Shown here piece after piece: positions 50,066-61,730 of a stretch of DNA of 64,000 bases. The stretch is from Scyliorhinus canicula (Eukaryota). The translations under genes were made by a program, and so were the position numbers. Below the pieces are notes generated by a model. The model did not search any database, was not told where the DNA came from, and saw only the letters and a list, made by a program, of their open reading frames with translations. The stretch spans positions 201,837,703 to 201,901,702 of the forward strand of contig NC_052151.1 in assembly GCF_902713615.1 (NCBI RefSeq), in the 5' to 3' direction. The first letter of the stretch is position 1. Every line of letters begins with the position of its first letter.

Positions 50066-50175
50066 TCAACGTTTGCTGATCACTTGGACGATGACAATGA
50101 CCGAGAGCAGAATAGTCAGGATGGTGACAGAAATGATCAACTTCACATAACACGGAGAGCAACAGGATTGTTCAG
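50066..50175 (-). CDS. Gene B exon 4: Cys-rich stalk, TM and 3-aa tail, stop
   Basis: Strong acceptor tttctttccccttccccctccccag in phase 1. (A)EQSCCSPCYVKLIISVTILTILLSVIVIVQVISKR*; TGA at 50068-50066. Not in the ORF track; read by hand. Confidence 0.8.
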
Positions 50176-50270
50176 CTGGGGAGGGGGAAGGGGAAAGAAA
50201 AATAATTTTATAGAGACATATTTCAGAGCTCAGTCACAAAACCTTTCATCAATTCTTGACTCATCAAAGA

Positions 50271-53200
50271 ACATAGAACATAGAACACTACAGCGCAGTG
50301 TGGGCCCTTCGGCCCTCGATGTTGCGCCGACCTGTGAAACCATCTGAAGCCTATCTGACCTACACTATTCCATTTTCATCCATATGTCTATCCAGTGACC
50401 ACTTAAATGCCCTTAAAGTTGGCGAGTCTACTACTGTTGCAGGCAGGGTGTTCCACACCCCTACTACTCTCTGAGTAAAGAAACTGCCTCTGACATCTGT
50501 CCTATATCTACCACCCCTCAATTTAAAGCTATGTCCCCTCGTGTTCGTCATCACCATCCGAGGAAAAATATTCTCACTGTCCACCCTATCTAACCCTCTG
50601 ACTATCTTATATGTCTCTATTAAGTCACCTCTCAGCCTTTTCCTCTCTAACGAAAACAACCTCAAGTCCCTGAGCCTTTCCTCGTAAGACCTTCCTTCCA
50701 TACCAGGCAACATCCTAGTAAATCTCCTCTGAACCCTTTCCAAAGCTTCCACATCCTTCCTATAATGTGGTGACCAGAACTGCACACAGTACTCCAGGTG
50801 CGGCCGCACCAGAGTTATGTACAGCTGCAGCATGACCTTGTGGTTCCGAAACTCAATCCCTCTGCTTATAAAGGCTAGCACACCATATGCCTTCTTAACA
50901 GCCCTATAAACCTGGGTGGCAACTTTCAGGGATTTATGTACCTGGATGCCGAGATCTCTCTGTTCATCTACACTACCAAGAATCTTGCCATTAGCCCAGT
51001 ACTCTGCATTCCTGTTACTCCTTCCAAAGTGAACCATAAGAACATAAGAACATAAGAACATAAGAACTAGGAGCAGGAGTAGGCCATCTGGCCCCTCGAG
51101 CCTGCTCGGCCATTCAATGAGATCATGGCTGATCTTTTGTGGACTCAGCTCCACTTTCCGGCCTGAACACCATAACCCTTAATCCCTTTATTCTTCAAAA
51201 AACTATCTATCTTTACCTTAAAAACATGTAATGAAGGAGCCTCAACTGCTTCACTGGGCAAGGAATTCCATAGATTCACAACCCTTTGGGTGAAGAAGTT
51301 CCTCCTAAACTCAGTTCTAAATCTACTTCCCCTTATTTTGAGGCTATGCCCCCTAGTTCTGCTGTCACCCGCCAGTGGAAACAAGCTGCCCGCATCTATC
51401 CTATCTATTCCCTTCATAATTTTAAATGTTTCTATAAGATCCCCCCTCATCCTTCTAAATTCCAACGAGTACAGTCCCAGTCTACTCAACCTCTCCTCAT
51501 AATCCAACCCCTTCAGCTCTGGGATTAACCTAGTGAATCTCCTCTGCACACCCTCCAGCGCCAGTACGTCCTTTCTCAAGTAAGGAGACCAAAACTGAAC
51601 ACAATACTCCAGGTGTGGCCGCACTAACACCTTATACAATTGCAACATAACCTCCCTAGTCTTAAACTCCATCCCTCCAGCAATGAAGGACAAAATTCCA
51701 TTTGCCTTCTTAATCACCTGTTGCACTTGTAAACCAACCTTCTGTGACTCATGCACTAGCACACCCAAGTCTCTGTGAACAGCGGCATGCTTTAATATTT
51801 TATCGTTTAAATAATAATCCCGTTTGCTGTTATTCCTACCAAAATGGATAACCTCACATTTGTCAACATTGTATTCCATCTGCCAGACCCGAGCCCATTC
51901 ACTTAACCTATCCAAATCCCTCTGCAGACTTACAGTATCCTCTGCACTTTTCGCTTTACCACTCATCTTAGTGTCTTCTGCAAACTTGGACACATTGCCC
52001 TTGGTCCCCAACTCCAAATCATCAATGTAAATTGTGAACAATTGTGGGCCCAACACGGATCCCTGAGGGACACCACTAGCTACTGATCGCCAACCAGAGA
52101 AACACCCATTTATCCCAACTCTTTGCTTTCTATTAATTAATCAATCCTCTATCAATGCTACTACTTTACCCTTAATGCCATGCATCTTTTTCTTATGCAG
52201 CAACCTTTTGTGTGGCACCTTGTCAAAGGCTTTCTGGAAATCCAGATATACCACATCCATCGGCTCCCCGTTATCTACTGCACTGGTAATGTCCTCAAAA
52301 AATTCCACTAAATTAGTTAGGCACGACCTGCCTTTTACGAACCCATGCTGCGTCTGCCCAATGGGACAATTTCTATCCAGATGCCTCGCAATTTCTTCCT
52401 TGATGATAGATTCCAGCATCTTCCCTATTACCGAAGTTAAACTCACTGGCCTATAATTTCCTGCTTTCTGCCTACCTCCTTTTTTAAACAGTGGCGTCAC
52501 GTTTGCTAATTTCCAATCCACCGGGACCACCCCAGAGTCTAGTGAATTTCGGTAAATTATCACTAGTGCATCTGCAATTTCCCTAGCCATCTCTTTTAGC
52601 ACTCTGGGATGCATTCCATCAGGGCCAGGAGACTTGTCTACCTTTAGCCTCATTAGCTTGCCCATCACTCCCTCCTTAGTGATAACAATCGTCTCAAGGT
52701 CCTCACCTGTCATTGCCTCATTTCTATCAGTCACTGGCATGTTATTTGTGTCTTCCACTGTGAAGACCGACCCAAAAAACCTGTTCAGTTCCTCAGCCAT
52801 TTCCTCATTTCCCATTATTAAAACTCCCTTCTCATCCTCTAAAGGACCAATATTTACCTTAGCCATTCTTTTTTGTCTTATATGTTTGTAAAAACTTTTA
52901 CTGTCTGTTTTTATATTCTGAGCAAGTTTACTCTCATACTCTATCTTACTCTTCTTTATAGCTTTTTTAGTAGCTTTCTGTTGCCCCCTAAAGATTTCCC
53001 AGTCCTCTAATCTCCCAGCAATCTTTGCCACTTTATATGCTTTTTCCTTCAATTTGATACTCTCCCTTATTTCCTTAGATATCCACGGTCGATTTTCCCT
53101 CTTTCTTCCGTCCTTCCTTTTTGTTGGTATAAACCTTTGCTGAGCACTGTGAAAAATCGCTTGGAAGGTTCTCCACTGCTCCTCAACTGTTCCACCATAA

Positions 53201-55810
53201 AGTCTTAGCTCCCAGTCTACCTTAGCTAGTTCTTCTCTCATCCCCTTGTAATCTCCTTTGTTTAAACACAAAACACTAGTATTTGATTTTACTTTCTCAC
53301 CCTCCATCTGTATTTTAAATTCCACCATATTGTGATCGCTCCTTCCGAGAGGATCCCTAACCACCTCACACTTTTCCGCATTAAACTCCATCTGCCACCT
53401 CTCAGCCCAGCTCTGCAGCTTATCTATGTCCCTCTGTATCTTATAACATCCTTCAGCACTATCCACAACTCCACCGACCTTCGTGTCATCTGCAAATTTA
53501 CTAACCCATCCTTCTACACCCTCTTCCAGGTCATTTATAAAAATGACAAACAGCAGTGGCCCCAAAACAGATCCTTGCGGTACACCACTAGTAACTGAAC
53601 TCCAGGATGAACATTTGCTATCAACCACCACCCTCTGTCTTCTTTCAGCTAGCCAATTACTGATCCAAACCGCTAAATCACCTTCAATTCCATACTTACT
53701 TATTTTCTGCAATAGCCTACCGTGGGGAACCTTATCAAACGCCTTACTGAAATCCATATACACCACATCAACAGCTTTACCCTGATCCACCTGTTTGGTC
53801 ACCTTCTCAAAAAACTCAATAAGGTTTGTGAGGCATGACCTACCCTTCACAAAACCGTGTTGAGTATCGCTAATCAACTTGTTCTTTTCAAGATGATTAT
53901 AAACCCTATCTCTTATAACCTTTTCCAACATTTTACCCACAACCGAAGTAAGGCTCACAGGTCAATAATTACCAGGGTTGTCTCTACTCCCCTTCTTGAA
54001 CAAGGGGACAACATTTGCTATCCTCCAGTCTTCCAGCACTATTCCTGTCGACAAAGACGACATAAAGATCAAGGACAAAGGCTCTGCAATCTCCTCCCTG
54101 GCTTCCCAGAGAATCCTAGGATAAATCCCATCTGGCCCAGGGGACTTATCTATTTTGACATTTTCTAAAATTGCTAACACCTCCTCCTTTTGAACCTCTA
54201 TTCCATCTAGCCTGGTCGACTGAACCTGAGTGTTCTCCTCGACAACATTGTCTTTCTCCAGTGTAAACACTGATGAAAAATATCCATTTAATGCTTCCCC
54301 TATCTCCTCTGATTCCACACACAACTTTCCACTACTATCCTTGATTGGCCCTAATCTTACTCTAGTCATTCTTTTGTTCCTGATATACCTATAGAAAGCC
54401 TTAGGGTTTTCCTTGATCCTATCCGCCAACGACTTTTCGTGTCCTCTCCTCGCTCTTCTTAACTCTCCCTTTAGGTCCTTCCTGGCTAACTTGTAACTCT
54501 CAAGTGCCCTAACTGAGCCTTCATGTCTCATCCTAACATAAGCCTTCTTCTTCCTCTTGACAAGTGCTTCAACTTCCTTAGTAAACCACGGTTCCCTTGC
54601 TCGACAACTTCCTCCCTGCCTGACAGGTACATACCTATCAAGGACACGCAGTAGCTGTTCCTTGAAAAAGCTCCACATTTCGATTGTACCCATCCCCTGC
54701 AGTTTCCTTCCCCATCCTATACATCCTAAATCTTGCCGAATAGCATCATAAGTGCCCTTCGCCCAGCTATATTTATTGCCTTGCGGTATATACCTATCCC
54801 TGCCCATCACTAAAGTGAACATAACCGAATTGTGATCACTATCACCAAAGTGCTCACCTACATCTAAATCTAACACCTGGCCGGGTTCATTACCCAGTAC
54901 CAAATCCAATGTGGCCTCGCCCCTTGTTGGCCTGTCTACATACTGTGTCAGAAAACCCTCCTGCACACACTGCACAAAAACTGACCCATCTATAGCACTC
55001 GAACTATAGTATTTCCAGTCAATATTTGGAAAGTTAAAGTCCCCCATAACAACTACCCTGTTACTCTCGCTCCTGTCAAGAATCATCTTTGCAATCCTTT
55101 CCTCTACATCTCTGGAACTATTCGGAGGTCTATAGACAACTCCCAACAGGGTGACCTCTCCTCTACTGTTCCTCACCTCGGCCCATACTGCCTCAGTAGA
55201 CGAGTCCTCAAGCGTCCTTTCTACCGCCGTAATACTTTCCTTGATTAACAATGCCACACCCCCCCCTCTTTTACCATCTTCTCTGTTCTTACAGAAACAT
55301 CTAAATCCTGGAACCTGCAACAACCATTCCTGTCCCTGCTCTACCCATGTCTCCGAAATCGCCACAACATCGAGATCCCAGGTACAAACCCATGCTGCAA
55401 GCTCACCCACCTTATTCCGGATGCTCCTAGCGTTGAAGTAGACACACTTCAAACCAGCGCCCTGCTTGCCGGTGCCCTCTTTCGAATTTTTAAACCTATC
55501 CCTGACCTCATTACTCTCAACATCCTGTACACTGGGACTACAATTTAGGTTCCCATACCCCTGCTGAATTAGTTTAAACTCCCCCGAAGAGCACTAGCAA
55601 ATCTCCCCCCCAGGATATTGGTACCCCTCTGGTTCAGGTGAAGACCATCCTGTTTGTAGAGGTCCCACCTACCCCAGAATGAGCCCCAATTATCCAGGAA
55701 ACCAAAACCCTCCCTCCTGCACCATCCCTGTAGCCACGTGTTCAACTCCTCTCTCTCCTTATTTCTCACTTCGCTAGCACGTGGCACGGGTAACAACCCA
55801 GAGATAACAG
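50271..55810 (-). mobile_element. CR1 LINE (ORF1 end, EN, RT, 3' tail) split by a nested CR1
   Basis: ORF1 esterase end 55569-55810; ORF2 MKCVYFNARSIRNK..VAISETW; RT to 53364, resuming at 51031; tail (CATAGAA)n at 50271. Confidence 0.92.
51037..53358 (-). mobile_element. Younger 5'-truncated CR1 nested in the CR1 RT
   Basis: Tail (CATAAGAA)n at 51037-51067, flanked by AACCA (51032-51036 and 53359-53363); removing it restores CCAAAGTG-AACCA-CCTCACAC. Confidence 0.88.
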
Positions 55811-55844
55811 AGATAATAATCATAGGGTTCGTAATTCTCCCTCT

Positions 55845-56780
55845 ACACTGCCCCATCAAACACTCCCAGGACAGGTACTGCATGGGGTTAGATACAGAAT
55901 AAATCTCCCTCTACGCTGTCCCCATCAAATATTCCCAGGGCAGGCACAGCACGGGGTTAGATACAGAGTAAAGCTCACTCTACACTGTCCCCATCAAACA
56001 CTCCCAGGACAGGTACAGCACAGGGTTAGATACAGAGTAAAGCTCCCTCTACACTGTCCCCATCAAACACTCCCAGGACAGGTACAGCAAGGGGTTAGAT
56101 ACAGAGTAAAGCTCCCTCTACACTGTACCCATCAAACACTCCCAGGACAGGTACAGCACGGGGTTAGATACAGAGTAAAGCTCCCTCGACACTGTCCCCA
56201 TCAAACACTCGCAGGACAGGTACAGCACGGGGTTAGATACAGAGTAAAGCTCCCTCTACACTGTCCCCATCAAACATTCCCAGGGCAGGCACAGCACGGG
56301 GTTAGATACAGAGTAAAGCTCCCTCTACACTGTCCCTATCAAACACTCGCAGGACAGGTACAGCACGGGGTTAGATACAGAGTAAAGCTCCCTCTACACT
56401 GTCCCCATCAAACACTCCCAGGGCAGGCACAGCACGGGGTTAGATACAGAGTAAAGCTCCCAATCCACTGTCTCCATCAAACACTCCCAGGGCAGGCACA
56501 GCACGGGGTTAGATACAGAGTAAAGCTCCCTCTACACTGTCCCCATCAAACACTCCCAGGACAGGGACAGCATGGGGTTAGATACAGAGTAAAGCTCCCT
56601 CTACACTGTCCCCATCAAACACTCCCAGGACAGGTACAGCACGGGGTTAGATACAGAGTAAAGCTCCCTCGGCACTGTCCCCATCAAACACTCGCAGGAC
56701 AGGTACAGCACGGGGTTAGATACAGAGTAAAGCTCCCTCGGCACTGTCCCCATCAAACACTCGCAGGACAGGTACAGCAT
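55845..56780 (-). repeat. 69-bp tandem satellite, about 13 units, gene B intron 3
   Basis: Reverse complement of the 2795-4713 unit; starts about 50 nt after the C2 donor. Confidence 0.97.
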
Positions 56781-56832
56781 TTTACTGTGTAATATCTAAT
56801 GTTAGTTGCTTATTTCTCTCTCTATGACTCAC

Positions 56833-57132
56833 CAGGTTTGATTCCTTTACAGACGCCACTCACGTTGAATTGTGCAGTGTTGAATTGTGCAGTGCCCTCA
56901 CTGACTGGGTTCCTGGCCTCACACACGTACACAGCGTCGTTGGTCTCCTCTGTGAAGTGAAGCTGTAATTCCTGTCCATTGTCGGAGAGATGATGGGAGC
57001 TGCCGTTTCTCAATGCTTCTTGTCCCCTCCACCATCTGAAGCTGATGTTGTCGCCTGTGTTCACTGAGCAGGTCAGGGTCAGGTTACAATTCTCGATGAG
57101 TTTATAGCTGATCTTTGTTCCTGTCACAGGCT
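56833..57132 (-). CDS. Gene B exon 3: SLAM-type IgC2 domain
   Basis: 300 nt, phase 1-1, acceptor tggcag, donor GTGAGT. EPVTGTKISYKLIENCNLTLTCSV..YVCEARNPVSEG..SGVCKGIKP is about 80% identical to the gene A C2. Confidence 0.92.
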
Positions 57133-57978
57133 CTGCCATTCAAATCAATAGACAAAAGAAACATGAGGAAGGAATGTCGACCCTCGTGGGACACCTCAAT
57201 ATCCAGCACCCTCACCCCTACTTCAGACCCTCAAAAGAAAACTCTGACCCCCCCCCCTCCATCCCTCCATCCCTCCATCCACCATCTTAACCATCCCCTC
57301 ATCCCACTGAGTTCAAACAGGTCACATGTGTCAATATGCCGGCTGGATGGAACATACGCAGTGTGTTACACACTCTTTCACTACAATCACAAACACTCAT
57401 TCACTCCCACTCTGTGATTGTCCATGTTTTGGGATTGCATCCTGGGATTTCTGTCTGGATCAGTCTCATTGGTGACTCCCGTCAGTGGTCCCTGTGACCC
57501 TTGTTATGTGGAGTGCACCCTCTCAGTCTGACGGTTAACAGGTTAAACAAGATCAGTCTGGGTACACAATAGGGAGACTCTAGATACAGTCATCACTCTA
57601 TACCAAGCTCAAGGGAGATGGTAGTGTCGTGGTGATGTCACTGGATCAGTAATCCAGAGGCCCAGACTAATGATCTCCTGACACGGGTTCAAATCCCATC
57701 CCAGCAGCTGGTGGGATGGGCAACAAATGCTGGCCTTAACGGTGACATTCATATCCCAGGAAAGAATAAAATATCCTCTGATTCCTGGAACATATTCCAG
57801 GCTGTCGTCTCAGTTCTCATTAACAATGAGCAGCATTTCCACATGTCTGGACCAGGACTTGGTGGTTGGAGCAACAACTTGTTTATTTACATGGGGCAGG
57901 TGAAGGATTATACACAATGTCTAAAATTCTTTGTTTAGATTATGTTAAAACAGGTGAGATGTTGAGAGGCTGTCCCCC

Positions 57979-58264
57979 TGATGTACCATCAATTGATCGC
58001 GAGACGAGTTGCTGTACAAAAGTATTGCTTTAATCAGCTAGATGTTAGCCCTGCGGTCGATTACAGTATATGGACGACCACCGGGAGTACTGGGTATTTA
58101 TACCCCACCCTGGAGGCGGGGTTAACTCATCCTCTCGACCAATCGGGGAGCCGTCACATGACTGGTCTCAACCAACCGGTCGAGAGGCACATGACCGACC
58201 AGAGCCAATGGTAAGCCGGTGTTCTGCACCAATGGCAGGCAGCTATGCTAATCATACCTCCACA
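57979..58264 (-). mobile_element. Solo Gypsy-type LTR inside another LTR-like sequence (about 57932-58530)
   Basis: TG...CA ends, flanked by CCCC; the reverse complement begins TGTGGAGGTATGATTAG, like the LTR at 2519. Confidence 0.7.
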
Positions 58265-60611
58265 CCCCACATCCTCTCCCCGGCTTGGAGAGTCAGCCAA
58301 GGGTGTTGTTGCAATCTCACACCTCCACCACGTGGCTAAGAGCTAGTCTGGTTCAGTCAGACAGAGTAACCCCACTTAAGTTAGTAGAGAGTCGAACTCA
58401 CAGAGAACTGTGCTAACTGTGCTATTAGTTCAATAAATCAGATTGAACCAACTTCAAGGTCTGGAGTATCTTTCTGATCTAAGCTGCATCCTGTTGCAGC
58501 CAGTGTTGGACCAGTGTACCTAATCCGACAGCCTCTCCATTGTTGCCACATTCAGCTGGTAGTGTGGCGACCAGAATTGAACACTATACTCCAAGTGCAA
58601 CCTAACTAAGGTTCTATACAGCTGCAACATGACTTGCCAATGTTTATACTCAATGCCTCGGCCAATGAAGGCAATCATGCTGTATACCTTCTTGGCTAAC
58701 TTCTCCACCTGTGTTGCCTCTTTCAGTGAACTGTGGACCTTTGCATCCAGATCCCTCTGACTGCCAATTTTCTTAAGGGTTGTGACGGAGAGATTTCCAG
58801 GTATCTGCTGCCCTTGTCCTTCTAGACGGTAGTGGTCGAGGGTTTGGAAGGTGTTGCCTGAGGAACCTTGGGGAGTTGCTGCAGTGCATCTTGTAGATGG
58901 TACACACGGCTGCTGCTGTGCGTCGGTGGGAGGGAGAGAGCAATGTTGAGAATGGTGTACCAATCAAGTGGACTGCTTTGTCCTGGATGGTGTCGAGCTT
59001 CTTGAGTGCTGTTGGAGCTGCACACATCCAGGCAAGTGGAGAGTTTTCCATCACACTCCTGACTTGTGCCTTGTAGATGGTGGACAGGTTTTAGGAGGTC
59101 AGGAGGTGAGTTACTCACTGCAGGATTCTCAGCCTCTGACCTGCTCTTGGGGCCACAGTATTTATATGGCTGGGTTCAGTTCAGCTTCTGATCAATGGTA
59201 ACCTCCCCAGGAAGCTGACTGTGGGGGATTCAGCAATGGTAATGCCATTGAATGTCAAGGGTCGATGATTCGATCCTCTCCTGTAGGAGATGGTCATGGC
59301 CTGGCACTTAAGGTGAAAATGTTACTTCCCACTTTGCAGCCTAAGCCTGGATATTGTCCAGCGTTCTTGCTGCGTTTGGACATGGACTGCTTCACTATCT
59401 GAGGAGTCGCAAATGGTGCTGAACATTGTGCAGTCATCGGCAAATAGGGAGTCACAGAATCCTCCAGCTCAGAAAAGGCCCTTCAGCCCATCAACTCTGA
59501 GCTGGTGAAAAACAACCACCTAACTATTCTAGTCCCATTTTCCAGCACTTTTTCCTCACATCCCGTCTAAACCTCCTGCCCTTGAACTTAAATCTATGCC
59601 CCCTGGTCATTGAGCTCTCCACCAAGGGGAAATGTTTCTTCCTGTCTATCTATGCCCCTCATAATTGTATACATCTCAATCATGTCCCCCTCTCAGTCTC
59701 CTCTGCTCCAAGGAAAACAACCCCAGTCTGTCCAACCTCTCTTCATAACTAACACTCTCCAGCCCCGGCAATATGCTGGTAAACCTCCTCTGCTCCCTTT
59801 CCAGGGCGATCACATCCCTCCCATAATGTGGATTCCAGAACTGCGCACATCTGACCTGATGTTGGAAGGAGGGTCACTGTTGAAGCAGCTGGAAATGGTT
59901 GGTCCGAGGACACTACCCTGAGGAACTCCTGTAGTGATGTCTTGAACTGCCCCCCTGAAAAGGCCCAGCAAGTGACTGAGTTCAAGGGCAATTAGGGATG
60001 GGCAATAAAGGCTGGCCGTGTCAGTGACGTCCACAGGAAAGAATAAAATATCCCCCAACTCCTGGAACATTTTGGCAGCAGTCCTCTCTGTTCTCAGTAA
60101 CAATGAGCAGCATCTCCAAATGTCTGGACCAGGACACGGTGGTTGGAGCAACAACTCGTTTATTTACATGGGGCAGGGGAAGGATTATACACAATGTCTA
60201 AAATTCTTTTGTGTGTTTGACAGGTTAGATGTCGAGAGGCTGTTCCCCCACTTGGACAGGGTAGAATCAGAGGGGTCACAGTATCTCAGGGTTACGGGGT
60301 CAGCCCATTCCAGACTGAGATGAAGAGAACGTTCTTCAGTCAGAGGGTCTGCAGATTTGGAATTCTCTCTCTCTCCCTGGGAGAGCTCGGGTTTCTCACT
60401 CGATGAGGGTATTTGAGACTGAGATGGGCAATGTTTGTACAGAAGTGGGATTGAGGGATTTTGCGATTGGGTGGGATGATAGAGTTGATGTACCTGATCA
60501 GACAGGATCTTATTGAACTTTGGAACAGGCTCGAGGGGCTGAATGGCCTCCTCTCAATCCTATCTTTCAGTGATCAGTAAAGCTCAGTCTATCCAATAGA
60601 ATCTCACTTAC

Positions 60612-60932
60612 CGTACACGTCCAGTTGAATGGTCTCTGGAGTTTCCACTCCTGAAACTTTTGTTAAAACCACCTCATAACTCCCAGCATCCTCTCTCTGT
60701 AAGTCACTGATTTGCAGACTGAAGTTCCCAGGATGAAATTTGATCCGTTTCTGGTAATCCTCAGACCCAAAGTAACTGACATGTTTCTTGCTGTATCGTG
60801 CTATTCTGAGTCTGCGTGAAGATCGTTTCCAGATAACCTCGACATCCATCAATCCATGTGGGATTACTGGAGACAGGGAGATTGACTGACCCAGGGATCC
60901 ATTCACAGGGAGACGAGCAGCCTGATTCTGAA
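60612..60932 (-). CDS. Gene B exon 2: CD2/SLAM-type IgV domain
   Basis: 321 nt, phase 1-1, with the same splice sites as gene A exon 2; 16 nt differences from it (hand count). Confidence 0.92.
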
Positions 60933-61625
60933 CTGAGGGAACAAGAGGAGACAGTCAGTGAGTGCGGAACGAGACAAGCTCAGTGACTGGAGGCAGAATT
61001 TCAATTCATAGCCCCATACCATTCAGGAAGATGCCATTCAACCCATCGTGCACATGCTAGCTCTGTGACAGAGCAAGCTAATTCATCCCACTCACCCCTC
61101 CTTCCCCAACTCCCTGTAAGTTTCCCCCCTTCCAGTGTTTCTCCCATTCCCCCTTTCTGGAAGTTCCTATTGAGTCTGCTCCCACCACCCTTTCAGACAG
61201 AACCTTCCAGATCACAACAACTCTCTGTGTAAAAACATTTCTCCTCATCCTCATCTCCCCCTCTGCTTCTTTTACTGATTCTCTTCAATCTGTGTCCCTC
61301 TCGTTCCCCACCCTCCTGTCACTGGAAACACTTCCTCCTTCTTTACTCCATCTGAACACTTCCTGATTTTGACCGTCTCGATTCAATCCCCCCCCCCCCC
61401 TTAACTTTCTCTGCTCGAAGAACAACCCCAGCTTCTCCAGTCTCTCCGCACCGACTGAAGTCCCTCATTCCCGGAACCATTCCGGTAAATCTTCCTCTGT
61501 ACCTCTCCCCGAGGGCTTGGCAGTGCTCAAGGAAGGATTTGGACATCAACGCAAATGAGGAAGCAAAGAAAGTTCAGAGAGAGAGAGAGAGAGAGAGAGA
61601 ACCGGAAACACTGAATCAAACTCAC

Positions 61626-61680
61626 AGACTGATAGGGAGAGAGCCAGCGAACAACAGATGAACAATTCCCCAAACTCCAT
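61626..61680 (-). CDS. Gene B exon 1: signal peptide
   Basis: gaagATGG start at 61680 encodes MEFGELFICCSLALSLSV plus T, followed by a GTGAGT donor. The 55-nt phase-1 exon joins the V exon in frame (T+TT=Phe). Confidence 0.82.
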
Positions 61681-61695
61681 CTTCCAGCAGTAACA

Positions 61696-61730
61696 GGGCG
61701 GGGAGCAGATCTGAGAGATTGGAGCCAATC
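61696..61730 (-). promoter_or_regulatory. GC box and inverted double CCAAT box upstream of gene B ATG
   Basis: GGGCGGGG at 61696-61703 and GATTGGAGCCAATC at 61717-61730, 16-50 nt from the ATG. Both are degraded in the pseudogene copy near 36800-36840. Confidence 0.45.

Noticed and set aside
52141-53958. Novel 605-aa protein with duplicated RT motifs
   Set aside because: Chance in-frame junction of two nested CR1 elements (TSD AACCA).
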